NCBI RefSeq assembly: GCF_964355755.1
Contig: NC_092678.1
Location: 23,577,365 to 23,641,364, forward strand
DNA: 64,000 nucleotides
Source: Antedon mediterranea
Taxonomy: Eukaryota; Animalia; Echinodermata
Direction of reading: 5' to 3'
Shown: positions 1 to 12,920 of the stretch, piece by piece
Layout of the letters: every line of letters starts with the position of its first letter
How positions within the stretch are numbered: position 1 is the stretch's first letter
Translations under genes and position numbers: made by a program
The notes under the pieces: model-generated
What the model was told of the DNA's origin: nothing
Seen by the model: only the letters and a program-made list of their open reading frames with translations
The model's database searches: none

Positions 1-403
1 AGGATATGTTTGACATTCATCATGTTAATCATGTTTAGCCTAAATGTTAACCATACACCGGGCCATACACCATGTCGAATGTTGCTGAATTAAGGATATG
101 TATGACATTCATAATGTTAATCATGTTTAGCCTAAATGTTACCCATACACCATGTCGAATGTTGCTGAATTAAGGATATGTATGACATTCATAATGTTAA
201 TCATGTTTAGCCTAAATGTTAACCATACACCATGTCGAATGTTGCTGAATTAAGGATATTTATGACATTCATAATGTTAATCGTGTTTAGCCTAACCATA
301 CACCATGTCGAATGTTGCTGAATTAAGGATATGTATGACATTCATAATGTTAATCATGTTTAGCCTAAATGTTACCCATACACCATGTCGAATGTTGCTG
401 AAT
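1..403. repeat. ~80-bp tandem repeat, ~5 copies, running off the left edge
   Basis: The unit AGGATATGTATGACATTCATAATGTTAATCATGTTTAGCC...CCATACACCATGTCGAATGTTGCTGAATTA restarts at 1, 93, 173, 253 and 326. Confidence 0.95.
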
Positions 404-509
404 GCTTATAATAATAGAATGTAATTCCTTTGAACTACGTTTACTTCACCAGAACGACCTTGTGTAATAACATCCTGAAAACAATACAAGTGACATACAT
501 TGACTTTAA

Positions 510-647
510 AGCTACACTATCAAACTGTATGTGATCAATTGTGATGTGTCCTTATTTGGAGTTGATGATGTCATATCACTACCATATCTGAGCATATCAC
601 TACCTTATTTGAGCACATCACACTTTTTTGATAGTGTAGACAGAGCT
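510..647 (+). mobile_element. MITE family A (PIF/Harbinger-like)
   Basis: Ends AGCT..ACACTATCAAA / TTTGATAGTGTAGACAGAGCT, flanked by TAA/TTA. Homologous to copies at 39796, 49906 and 54058. Confidence 0.8.
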
Positions 648-698
648 TTAGGATTCAAGTTCAGAAAGTACTAGGTTCAGTGTGAATGATGGGATTAT

Positions 699-935
699 GG
701 AGTTGTACTGTACGCAGATTGGTGGTTGAGATGTTCGTCTAACGATCGCTCTGCGTGCGTTCTTGGTTCGAATCATGTGAAATGTTAGGGTTTTTTTCAT
801 GACATATCAATTCCAATTTCAAAGACTTGTTTATGTAGAGAGTATTTATGTTTGTTATGTGAATAGATTGTCACTTGCATATCGCAACAAAATTGATAGA
901 CCTGGGCAATGTTCCCTAAATAAAATAAAATAATA
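699..935 (+). mobile_element. possible decayed tRNA-derived SINE
   Basis: B-box-like GGTTCGAATC at 766-775 and a (TAAAA)n-like tail at ~917-933. The A box is weak and there is no second copy in the window. Confidence 0.3.
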
Positions 936-2416
936 TTGTTAAAAAGTAAACTTACAATTGAGGGAAGGCACAGTATTACGTAAAACTTTTACTCTATGGT
1001 AAAACGAAGAACTTTTGTTGTTGAGGATACAGGAGAGTATCTGAATTCATTTCAACTGATCAATAAGTTGTATATGTATAATATAATAAGTCAATATTTA
1101 ATGTATATAGTTTAATGTAGTTTAACTGTTCAATCACCATATTCATTGTATTGTGATAATTATGTATTGGTAATTGATTAATACAGACTGTATAGGATGC
1201 TGTCAATGGTTGTGAATGTTTCCGCAATGAATTTGTATATGTGAATGACTCAAACATTATTTATCTACATTTGTAGCATGTTCAGATTTGATAAAATCAT
1301 GTTAATTTATAAAAGCAAGATTTCTGTCTTGTTGAGGATACAGGTGTGTTGGCAGGTGGATCGACAACAAACGGCGTGTCTGCTGTGGCTTGCTTACTTC
1401 TTGTTAGGATATCATGCTTATGTTTAATTGTTCGCTGTTTTAGCCCGCCTAAAAGACACATTACACGTCTCTTTAATTCAAACTGTCAGCTTGTTGTGTC
1501 TATTAGGTTTAGAACAAGTTGTTTGTCCATTTTCTAGACTATTGTGAAATCTTCAAATGCCTTTATACTTTATTCTGTGTTTTGTTTTAGGTACATACTA
1601 GATGGTTCATTTTCTATAGTTTCCTTAGATATCTCCATCGGTCAGTTGTTTTTTTAAATAAAAACAACGAACGAAGAAATAATGTAAAAATAAAGAGGAA
1701 GAAAAGAAACATGATGGAATTGACGTCATAATAAGTAGTACATGCCTCGAAGCATGTCGAATATCTCTAGCTGCCGTCTGTCACTCACTAAGTTTACTGT
1801 TAGATTACTTTAAAAATAAACACCCTTCTATCCTGAAGGTAATAGTGAAATGTTATATTCCATGTATAGGCCTAAGCTATTATAACAGCAGCCGTGTCTA
1901 TAAAATATTGTCCATTATATCACCGTATAGAGTCCAACTTATATGCGTATACGTGTTTTATATTGTTATACAGGCCTATAATTGTTATAGACCCCAACCA
2001 AAGAAATTATTACTCTAAAAGTGTGTTTAAATTAGGAATAATCTACAACTACTACTAAATTTATACCTAGTGGCCCGTATATACCAAATAACTGTATAAA
2101 ATGCACGTGTCTATATTAATGTTTGTATAATAGTATTTCCCTGTTGATTGGCACTGCAGTATCTTATCAATATTGTTTATATTTGCTTGTTATTTATTAT
2201 AACTAGATATATATTAGCGTAGATTAGGTCTACTTCGGTAGGCTCCACTGGTTTGATTTCATGATCAGAGTACAAAATCCCTTCCATTAAATAGTACTAG
2301 TGACGATTATGAGTAGAAAATCTATCTTAATTCTTAAAGGCAAATTGATTTGTTTATAGAATATAGGAAGATGTACCTCAAAAAGAACAATGCTAGTATG
2401 AATCTAATGTTGATTC

Positions 2417-2712
2417 ACAACATTAATCAAATCTTAATCGAATCTATTATCAAACAAAAACTACAATACTTTGGACATATTGCCAGACGGGATGGAGATA
2501 GTATGGAGAAAATGATTATGTTTGGGAAAGTTGAGGGTAAACGAAAAAGAGGAAGACAGAGACTCAGATGGATTGATGGTATAAGTGGTGCTACAAACCG
2601 ACCAATAACCAGTTGCTATAATGAAGCTCAAGATCGGCAAGAATGGAGACACTTCATCAGAATGGTCACGAGTAGCCTACTCAGATATCATGAGTAGAAC
2701 GACGAGAGAGAG
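2417..2712 (+). mobile_element. 5'-truncated RTE-clade LINE fragment (C-terminus of the reverse transcriptase ORF)
   Basis: Translation KLQYFGHIARRD..MEKMIMFGKVEGKRKRGRQRLRWIDGI..AQDRQEWR is typical of the RTE ORF end. It has a (GA)n tail and a 12-bp TSD TAATGTTGATTC at 2405-2416 and 2713-2724. Confidence 0.88.
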
Positions 2713-3032
2713 TAATGTTGATTCGTTGACATTCCAACTATTCCCCCTTAAATATATACATTTCTGCAGTTCTTCTTTTATTTGAATTTACTTTCACTTT
2801 TGATGACGTAATCAATTGAAAGTGACGGTCGTTGACTTCTTTCTACAAGTTCAATGTCACAGGGTGACGTCATCGCGGAAATTAAGCACGACTAATGTCA
2901 CCACAAAACATCCACCCAAGAAAAACTCATTAAGGATCATTATTCTGCACAATTACTGGCCTATTTGTAGCTATCAAGAAAAACCAAATGTATGTCGGAG
3001 ACATTCTTTAAACCACCCCGAAACTGCACCCA

Positions 3033-3243
3033 TCTTATATGCTAATGAATATTCATGTTTATTTTGTGACGTTTCCTGATGGGTCCCCAACTTATGTACG
3101 AAAGGAAATATCGCGGAGCGGTTTTTTTTCATACATAAGTTGGGGAATCCTTGTAAAAGATACACCCAGTCACGCCTTATGGATATGCTAATGCATATTC
3201 ATGTTTATTTTGTTACGTTTCCCCAACTTCTAAGTACGAAAAG
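3033..3243. repeat. diverged local duplication (~70-bp core, ~140-bp spacing)
   Basis: ATATGCTAATG(A/C)ATATTCATGTTTATTTTGT(G/T)ACGTTTCC..CCCCAACTT..GTACGAAA occurs twice. Confidence 0.75.
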
Positions 3244-4170
3244 TAATGTCGCTACCGGGGATTTCTTTCTGGAGACAAATCCACATTCATGTTTGTAACT
3301 GTATATATTTCTTCAACGCAGAAGGTGGTCAACCGCCCATTGAATTTCTTGTAGAGAGTTAGCTCAGCTAGGATGACAGTAGATGTAAAGTCTTTGCTAA
3401 CCTATGCGGGAGATTCGTCTTTTTTTACCGCCGCATTAATTGATGTGACAAAATTAACTAACACCTGCTCGGGTCTAACTGTGCTTGCAACTGTTTTGTC
3501 GGTTGTTCCTAATTTTAAAATAGCGTCAGATTCCTTCTTAATATACGATGAAAAGATAACTACATCGGGGAAATTTAAGTATTTTATCTGTATTTAAATT
3601 GTTATGTTATTCTGTGCATGGAGAAATCAGTTAGGACTGATTTCTTCATGTTCTGTGTGAACGCGTAATTCCATCGTTACACAATCGAGGGCATAACATA
3701 ACGTGTTATCTATTGCCCCATGCTGATCGTCTTTCTCTCGATGCTTTAATGTAGTTGCCACAATGTATCTCGTGTTACCCTCTTTCGAATGTCATTTGCA
3801 ACATTTGTCACTAAATAATGTCATTTCCATGTTTTTAAGTTTGCAGAATGTATTGACTATTGTCATGACTCTCATTGAGGTCCTATTTAATAACTTTAAA
3901 ATATTTCGATGAAATCTTTGATACCGTATATGTTGCATTGTTTTCGTTTTCATAAGCAAAATTTCGTTAGATACCGTATAAAACCATATTTGGTATTACT
4001 TTGTGTACTTAATTTTAATTGAATATTCTGTTTTTTTTTCATCAAGAGTTTTTGGTTGCAATTCTTTTTGACCAAGCCCAAACTATATGGTTGATTGAAG
4101 TATAGGCCTAATGAATTTTGTCTAGGGTTTTAGGTTTATTCGTCACCCGGTACCAACATTATTCAGGTAA

Positions 4171-4347
4171 AGCCTGTTTTCCTGTCGACGTTAATCGACG
4201 CTATCGTTCATTGAAATGTTAACGATTTACAGGATAAGGTACTCGCTATCGTTATCATTTCAACTTGATCGTTTTCAAACGATCGTCGTTGAACTGTTAA
4301 CGATCAACGACGATAGCGTCGAATAACGTCGGACAGGAAAACAGGCT
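4171..4347. mobile_element. MITE (PIF/Harbinger-like) with long TIRs
   Basis: TIRs AGCCTGTTTTCCTGTC..GACGTTAATCGACGCTATCGT / ACGATAGCGTCGAATAACGTCGGACAGGAAAACAGGCT. TAA TSD at 4168-4170 and 4348-4350. Confidence 0.85.
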
Positions 4348-4696
4348 TAAGCCTTCTAAACGTAAAAGGCCTATTCATAATGCGTATTTAAAACGCCTAT
4401 AATCAGTGTGTGTCATTGTAAAACTATTTATTTGGTGATAAAACACGTTTACATTTTAAGATATAAATATGTTTAAGATAAATTCGTTTGATTTTATAAT
4501 AGACAATACAGCACCTCTTAAATTGAACACTTCACTTTGTGTTGGCTGTATGCAAACCTTCAACGGAAGTACTTCACTCTCTCACTTGATAAAATTTATT
4601 TATGTCAATATTATTGTATTAATATTATAATGAATATTTTAAATTAAACTTCCTTTTAAGATCTGCTGACTACCGTTTGTATAGTCAAAATTAATG

Positions 4697-5147
4697 TCTG
4701 TTCACACATGAGAATGAAATAAAAAAAAGTAGGAATCACGTTTACATAAGAATGAAATAGAAAATAAGAATCACGTTCACACGTAGAATGGAATAGAAAA
4801 TAGGAATCACGTTCACACGTAGAATGGAATAGAAAATAGGAATCACGTTCACACGTAGAATAAAATAGAAAGTATAGGAATCACGTTTACACGTAGAACA
4901 ACATAGAAAATAGGAATCACGTTCACACGTAGAATAAAATAGAAAGTAGGAATCACGTTCACACGTAGAATAAAATAGAAATCACGTTCACACGTAGAAT
5001 GGAATAGAAAGTAGGAATCACGTTTAAACGTAGAATAAAAAATAAAGTAGGATTCACGTTCACACGTAGAATGGAATAGAAAGTAGAAATCACGTTTACT
5101 ACGTAGAATAAAATAGAAAATAAGATTCACGTTCATATGTAGAATCA
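4697..5147. repeat. ~35-36-bp minisatellite, ~12 copies
   Basis: Unit AGGAATCACGTTCACACGTAGAATGGAATAGAAAAT. It accounts for the repetitive ORF 4849-5148. Confidence 0.95.
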
Positions 5148-6669
5148 CAATGAAATTGACTGATTGATATGGTTTACTTAAAATTATGTTTTTTTTTTCG
5201 CGTTCAAAAGTTGTTAATAATCGTACACTTTTGTATACGCGCGCGTCGACTTAGTGTCGTGGTAACGTCACTGCTGATTTGACAGCTATGGAAATGAGAT
5301 GTCCTGAAGGAGTAAAGGGTTGGTTCGTGCTCCAGTCTGTTTATCTTTCGATAAAAAATCTACAGTTACAGATAACACTGATGTACTGAACGATTGAAAA
5401 TGATTAAACTCACAAACACATTTCTAAAATTTGGTCAAGGTTGTCAAGTGGCGGGAGAGTGTTGTTGGTGTTTTCTATTTTCATCTACACTAGAACAAAC
5501 TGTCAAGGTTTAACATGGAGAATGTTTTAAACGGAAATTTCAACTATGAAAATGGACATCACAGTGTATTAAACATATCAGGTTTTATCCTTATCTAAAG
5601 AAATGGTTCATAATATGTCACAATCGATTGTAAAATGTGCAGTTGATGTCTCAAATTGAGAGGATGGATGACGCCCTATATGAATATCAGTGTCCGTCGA
5701 GAATTAGGCGTGGTTCTAAGTAATTAAAATTGATTTTAAAAACACGAAATAGTGCTCATCTTAACACATCTAGTGATCTATTTTAAATGGTTTTACTTTT
5801 AAATAATTGCCTCATGGCCCATTAGAGGATGTTGTTGTAATATGTTATACTTTCACCAACCTATTTTAAAGAATAACGAGACTGTTGATATCTTGTTACT
5901 ATCCTAAGTTTTTATTTCAATTGGTTTGTTAAAAAGAAATTCCCAATTATTCATTTACTACAATTGTTTCAACCGATATGAAGATATATAATTATGTTTT
6001 ACTTTTAAACTTTATAATTTACTACAAGGACGAATTTTGTCTTGTCTTGTAACTTGCTTTCCTAGTTATTACTCTTTTTATTTTATCAGTTGATTACTTC
6101 TACATGAAATTTAAAACATTATGAATGTCAAAGTTTAATCAATGTGTTTACCTTTTTTTGCCAGTTTTAAACATTTTTGAAATTTGTCGATAGTGTTTAA
6201 TCTGGTGTAAGTACTGCTATTGTTTTGACGAGTTACAAATTACGATATGTCAAAAAATATAGAAATACACATATAAATAATAAATCTATCTTTAATTTCT
6301 AACACACACGGTGCAGAGTAGTAAAACTGGTTAATAGAAAATGTTCACAAAGACGGTACAGAATAGTAAACTGGTTAATAAAGAAAATCTCCAAATATCC
6401 CATATATCATGTCCCGAAGTGTAAACTTAGATGTTTCTAATGTTTTGTGAAACCTATTCCTATGGGAACTAGGTATAGCACCATCTCAATCATGACTCCA
6501 CAAAAAACATAGGACAACCTAATTCTAAGCAAAAAGAAGTTTTGTTTTGACATTTAAATACAATAGAATCACACTTTGAAGAACTTATAAATTACTTTTA
6601 ACAACAAATTTTAACAATTCTAACCATATATAGAAATATAAAAATGTTCAAAAAAAGTTAAAATCTTAC

Positions 6670-6740
6670 CTGATGTAAGTTGAGATTAGAATGATAACTA
6701 TTGATGATCGATATATTGAGCGTCCAATTACTGACAACAT
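6670..6740 (-). CDS. first coding exon (signal peptide) of a secreted-protein gene, probably Wnt7; the rest of the gene lies left of the window
   Basis: caaaATG at 6740 reads MLSVIGRSIYRSSIVIILISTYI plus 2 nt (basic then hydrophobic). It ends at a strong donor CAG|GTAAGA (GT at 6669-6668). The 71-nt, phase-2 structure matches Wnt first coding exons, and it is on the same strand as Wnt5, downstream of it. The Wnt7 identity is inferred, not shown. Confidence 0.55.
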
Positions 6741-6899
6741 TTTGAAAAATAAAATCCAAATAAATGGTAAATTCAACAGGTTAGTAGTTTGTACACCTGA
6801 CGTGGTTACGAGTTCTTTCTCCAATGATTTTTAGAAATCTGACAGTTTTGTTGCATTCTTGTTATAAACATAGGTAGACCAAATCCAAATTAATTATCG

Positions 6900-7290
6900 C
6901 AGTCGGTATTTATACAACCATTAGTGAAGACGATATATAAACCTAAACCCACGCGTCAACTAGTTCCGGGGAAAACGTTTTTGCTTCTACATTGTAATTC
7001 CATGTACGAACAAATGTCATAAAACTTTCCACAATGTTGGTGATTTACTTTATTCGTCGTCGACGTGACAGGAGCGCACGTGTGTGTTAACAATGTGTTA
7101 CCATGTTACGCTTTCCCCTCGATGCGTCGTTTCTCTCTGTGATACTTTTTGGGATAATTATGTCAATGATTGAACACCAATAAATTCAAGAATTTAAACA
7201 GTACAGTTGAAGTTTGTACTTCTTGCTTTGGTCATGCCGTTTATTTATTGACCAATAGATATAGACTTGATTAACCAATGATCAAACGTT
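6900..7290 (-). promoter_or_regulatory. candidate promoter of the putative Wnt7-like gene
   Basis: Minus-strand TATAAATA at 6914-6907, a CpG-enriched patch at ~6950-7130 with CACGTG at 7077-7082, and two CCAAT boxes (7252, 7275). Confidence 0.35.
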
Positions 7291-9317
7291 CTATATCCCT
7301 AGGCATATACACCCAATTCACAGAACATGATCGTACGGCTTAAAAGGCGTCTCACCCCGTGTAGTGTTATGATCAAACGCAAGCCGTCGCGAGCACGTTG
7401 TCTTCAGTCCCAGGAGAAAACACGTCAAAGCAATCTATTGAAAAGAGAAATGTTGCCCAATTTACACCCGTTGTACGATGTCGCGTTTCAAACATTTACA
7501 CAACTATTTCCATTGTTTCATCACACTTATTTTTTCTTCAGACCAGACCTCCTGTAGAATGATACTGAAGAATGAAAGATAAAATCTTTAAATGTCTCGT
7601 CGTATTATGATCCGAATCAGACTAAACACCGCCTTATATTTTCCAAGTATTGCTCGTGTACATCTAATTACGAGTTTAATCCACTCCAGTCCTCCAAAAT
7701 CTTGTTTAACAAGCTGTTTGGTAAAAGTGGGTTTTCATGCAATCTCATGTGGTTCGTAAGTCAAAGACCCGTATCCTCCCGGGGGACAAAGACATATACT
7801 TGATTATAAAATCCCCACAATGTTGTAACAAATTATCTTGATAACAAGTAACAAATTATCTTGGTAAAAAGTAAAGAAACAAGTATACTAGAGTTATAAA
7901 CTAAGTAAGCCAAATGGTGCGACACAGAAAAGGTGCAACTAACTGTGATCTAGGCGGCGGAAATTATCGGGTTATCATCTAATTTGCTTGTTGTACATGT
8001 ACAGGTTCAGGTCCCGTGGGACAAATGACAATTGTGGCATGTTGTCCAATATCCTAGGCCTAGCCCTGGACAAGGGGGTCGATGTCCATGCGTTTACGTT
8101 AAAAGTGGTCAGTCCACGGCCGACCGGAAACTCTCTATTAAGTTTACATAGGCTTAGACCCAATTACCTGAAAATAACAGACACATTTAAATTCCTACAC
8201 TTCCGTTAACTGCTATAATGCAGGACCTGTGTTTCTGTTCAATTTCTGCATGTCAGCCGCTTTTAAAATAGTTGACTTAAATAGTTATATAGGCCTAACT
8301 TAAGTTTTAGGCATACCAATCTTAAATATCTTTTTTTTAACCCCTAGTAGTCCAGCGCCAATCTTACTGGAAAATATTTAAGGAAAACGTTAATTTACGC
8401 CTAGGCCCAGAAACCCCCTTTTTTCTTCTTGTCAGAAGACCATTACAATAATTATTTTTACTTAGTGATGAAAAAAGTTTTGATCACGTGACTCTTTTAA
8501 GAAAGTTATGAAACAAAAGAGGGCGCTCTTTCAAAAATATAAGCTGCGGTTGCATCTTTGGAGTCCAAAATTCAATAAACTATCTATTAAGAGGGACATC
8601 TTCGGGACTCAACAAATTGATCTTGATTTTAAAACATATATATCATCTAGTTCGTTTCACTGTCCTTGAAAATGTTTTCTTAGTAGGGGTGTCACCTGAA
8701 TGTGTTTGTCCCAAAGGTACGTGAGTTCTACTTTCCTGTAATTGTTAACGTCCTATACAGTCATAATCATCTTAATTTTTCTCATTATTTTCTTTAATTT
8801 TGTTGTGTCACTGGCAGTAGAGTGCATGGTACCATATATTATATTATATATTGTGATAGGTACAGAGTGTGACCTTAGTTATATCAAATGTGTGAATATT
8901 GTTTTTCTGGGTCATGCATAAAATACTATATAATGAGTCGGCAATTTTTCCATTCATTCATTGTTAATTAAGGTTGTACGAACACCGGCCCTTCACCACC
9001 ACACCGCCGACAGGTGCTTCTTTAACTAATATATAAGTTCTTTTTAAAATTAGCCAATTGCTTTTGCTTTGTGTTTCGTCAATTCGTACTTTGTCAGTCG
9101 GGTTAAGGGTAATTTTATTGAACAAGTTGTTGTTGTACCGTTAATGTTTTAAGTTGTTTCTAATAAAATTCGAGTTGATAAACACATGGACTTTGTGAAT
9201 TTAGTCCACTGAGTATATTACTCAAAATTAGTCATGTGATATAATGGTGGACAGGACACGTTTGGAACGCATGATATGTACCGTCTGCTCATGGCCGGCG
9301 GTATTCTTAACCCAAAC

Positions 9318-9368
9318 TACACTATCACATTTTATGTGACCAAAAACATGTGGTGTGTCCATATATGG
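9318..9368 (+). mobile_element. MITE family A, 5' fragment
   Basis: CTACACTATCACATTTTATGTGACCAAAACATGTGGTGTGTCCATATATGG matches the left arm of the 39796 copy. Confidence 0.6.
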
Positions 9369-10767
9369 CGTTCTAAATTGGTAACTGGTCACCAATAGTC
9401 TACCAATGCATATGTTGCTGAATGTGAAATGAAATTCGTCACCAGCAGAGTTAGTTTATGTTATGTTCAAACAAATGTGTTCTTAATGTTTAAAATGTAC
9501 TATTGCACTCATTGCATGGGATAGTATAGTCACCGTACCATTAGGTGCGTTATTTTGTAAAATTTGACTAAATTACCAGGATGATAGCTTCTTAAGTACT
9601 AAGTATTTAACTTAAGGATTAACTTAAAATTGATTTAATTAAATTCATTCCCTTAAGAACACACTGCTCGTATTCAATAGATAATTTGGTTATCTCTGTT
9701 TATCAAAATTGGTAACTTACGGGCCAAGTTAAAATCTTTAAGAAAATATGCCGATTCATCGGAAACCTACCATCACTATGATTGCGCACAGTAACATTGT
9801 AACGAACTGGTTCGCGTCAACAAACGTCCACACGCGTCAACTTTAACTCAAGTCGGCAGTATAAACAGTTCTGTTAATTGCAGATTGTCTGTACCATGAA
9901 TGATATGCACTTTTGCTTCTGCCGCACCAATAGCTAGATATTTTTTCTTATGGGGATTAAAAGCACATTGTGTTGATTATGCTTTACTCTCTCAGGGGCA
10001 TTTTGTATTTATTTTTGGAAGAAAAAGTAGGTTATATTTTTTTTTGTAGAAGAAAAAAAATGTTTAGTTGTATTTACACTGAAAGTTGTTATGAACGAAC
10101 ATTATAGAGGGCAGTAAGTGTATTTTAAGAAACATCAGAACATAGATTCTAACTTATCCATAAACAAATGTTTTCGTTCCATAACACAAACGTTTGTTTG
10201 GTGCAGAGTAGAGCCGTTTATAGAAAGTTTGACCAACTTAGTATAAACGCAATTCTTGTAACGTGTAACGCGTAATACGTTTATATGAGATTCTTGTGAC
10301 GACGAATGCGTCACCATCAGGTTTTCAGGTTGTTCACACGTCTATGGTGATCAGATTCACTGTTTACTGTATTTTGAGTTCAATTCACATATTTTAATTA
10401 TATAGGTCTACGTATTTTTGTTTTGCTTACATGACTGTTTTCTGACTGTTGACAATGGGGTCTTATAGTGGCCATTCACCAGAATAGGCTAATAGTTAAC
10501 ATTCTCCTATCTAAAGTGAATACCAGTAAGGTGAAATCCTTAAATATTTATTTGAAAACTTAACGAAGTAGCTCGGTTAATTGTGATTGGTCAATAGGGC
10601 ATATTGGCCTCCTAAATGTATTCTTATAACTCTCTGTCTGTCTGTTGGTCCACGTTTATCAAATATTTTTAAATCATTTTTTTGTCTGTTAGATTCTATC
10701 TTATATTCATAATGACGTCACAATAATACAAATTACACAGATTGTGAGGAACTGAAATAAATCGCAG

Positions 10768-12185
10768 TTTATTAATACTGATATTTTCATCGAAATTATA
10801 TCAATATTAAATAGCTTTTTTAAAATCTATATTTATTATGAACCTTTTTCATTAAAATTCACAGAACTATAGGTGGCGCTTTCCTCATGTATCAAAACTT
10901 TATAAATTAATTTTCATGTTATTAATTGTTATACTTTCATTATTTGTTATTAACTTCTTTCATGCTGACGTCATTGACGATGACGTATTATCATTTATGA
11001 TGACGTATTGTCATTGATGATGACGTAGTTATACAAGGAATTGGTATGTCTATTTATCATAAGAACACTGTGATGATAATATAAATATATGTATATATAA
11101 ATAAAAGCCATTAAACATATAGAGTATACTAGTAAATAATAAAATATTAATCACACTTTTGATAATAAATTATTTAACATACTTTTATATAACTGTTGGT
11201 TAAAACTACACCGTTATGTACTGTCGTGAGACATCCCAAACCTCTATGTAAATTATATAGCTACTTTTCCTCCCTGAAGATATTCGTATCTGTAAACGGT
11301 AATCACAAAAAATCGAAAAATATCATCATCTAGACCATTACTATTACTTAGGAAGAGACATACAGTTAACGCACGCTAACTATCGTATCATCGCCTCACG
11401 CGCATCGCGTTCATATTTCTCACTGACATACGTACGTAGTTCCAAGATAAATGATAGATGCTTATTAATAAAGTAGTAAAGTAAACTTCAAATTTAATTT
11501 TTGTTTAGAACAATTCGATATGTTTTACTTCTTTACATCTTACAAATATTTTATTATTAATATTAACTACACTGATTTTACACAATAGCAATTTTAAGAA
11601 AACGATCAAACTGTACAAAAACTACTATTTACAAACGATAATGACCTTCGTTATGGAAATGATACTAAACATGGCCGTGTGCTGTCCCTTTACAACTCAA
11701 TAATAAATACATAGTTACTGTGAAGGGACACAGTCTATTGACATCTTTTCTATCTTTTTACATCTATTAAAACATTCAAAACAATGTTAAAATTAATCTA
11801 GATAAATATCAGATTGAGCGCGAGCCAACAGTAACAACCATACGAATCACGTCTGCTTTTCTGATGGGGCTTTACATTTTTTTAATATTTAAAATGTCAT
11901 ATCTTATCAGACATTTTCCTTAAAGAATCTCAAATAATCGTTACTGTACCCCCTCTATCGTTGATGCTGCAGTAAAATTATTAAAAGGATGGAACAACCG
12001 CCGTTTGATGTGACTCACGTTATGTCCGAATAAAATTATTTCTGTCACAAATAACTGCACCAAGGTGACATAATTAGTCGTGTCTCAAGTGGCGCCCCGT
12101 ACTCACGCGTCTTCGGTTCGCGTACAAGATGAGCTGTAGAGATGATAACAATATGTACAACTAGATTGATGACGTAATACCCTGC
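10768..12185 (-). other. probable Wnt5 3' UTR with candidate poly(A) signals
   Basis: AT-rich, repeat-free stretch after the stop codon. Minus-strand AATAAA at 11555-11550, 10837-10832 and 10773-10768. The true end is unknown. Confidence 0.4.
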
Positions 12186-12644
12186 TTATTTACAAATGTA
12201 AACATCTTTGATTACTTTACATCGTTTACATTTAACATAACAGCACCATTTAAACTTGCAATTGCACCTTTCGACTAGCTCAACGCGGTACGAATTATAC
12301 CCCCTCCCACAGCACATTAAATCACATCCGTCAGTCCCAAACGATGTTTTGTTACACTCTCTGCCTTTAGTTCCCAAAGATCCTGTTCTTGGGTTCTTAT
12401 GACAATAATCCGGCGAATCTTCTAGATAAACTAAATCTTCTTCAGACGGTCGATTAAAACGTTTTTCTAAAATGTCCATCTTGCCTTTCTTGTTGACGCG
12501 GACCTTCGACGCTCCGTCGTATTTTTCTTTCAAAATATTTCCAATCATACGAAACGACGGTAATTGTAGCCAGCATGTTGTTAGACTACATGATCCAGAC
12601 ACTCCGTGACATTTACACTGGATGTCAGTCTTTGCGTAGATAGC
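12186..12644 (-). CDS. Wnt5: Wnt5 last coding exon
   Basis: Acceptor TTTTTTCAG|GCT. Reads [28 protein letters not shown]...[12 protein letters not shown]...[11 protein letters not shown]...[16 protein letters not shown]...YICK*, including the Wnt palmitoleoylation motif CKCHGxSGSC. Confidence 0.97.
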   Translation of the reverse strand, partial: AIYAKTDIQCKCHGVSGSCSLTTCWLQLPSFRMIGNILKEKYDGASKVRVNKKGKMDILEKRFNRPSEEDLVYLEDSPDYCHKNPRTGSLGTKGRECNKTSFGTDGCDLMCCGRGYNSYRVELVERCNCKFKWCCYVKCKRCKVIKDVYICK

Positions 12645-12780
12645 CTGAAAAAATAACGAAAAGAAATTTAGTAAATTCAGTTTTGCGTTACACCATGTTT
12701 TTCCAAAACGAAATGTAAGTAAAGTTGAGAATGTTTCTATAACAACTGTTTTCTGGATTAATGATAAACTAAAAAAGGAA

Positions 12781-12920
12781 TTAGACTACAATGATGACAG
12801 TCCGTGACATTACACTGGATGTCAGTCTTTGCGTGAAAAATAACGAGTAAGTAAAGTATTTTTACAACCGTTTTCTGAAGTAATAATAAACTGAGGAATT
12901 AGACTACAATGATCCAGACT
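12781..12920. repeat. decayed tandem duplication of the Wnt5 intron/last-exon junction
   Basis: TTAGACTACAATGAT..TCCGTGACATTACACTGGATGTCAGTCTTTGCGTGAAAAATAACGA copies ~12580-12659. A third partial copy is at 12899-12919. Confidence 0.85.

Noticed and set aside
699-800. tRNA gene
   Set aside because: Only a B-box/T-loop-like motif is present and no cloverleaf can be folded. It is kept only as a weak SINE candidate.
7975-8170. Minus-strand acceptor at ~8168 with a 62-aa ORF as an additional exon
   Set aside because: Stops occur soon after the acceptor in all frames, and there is no similarity to Wnt or other known families.
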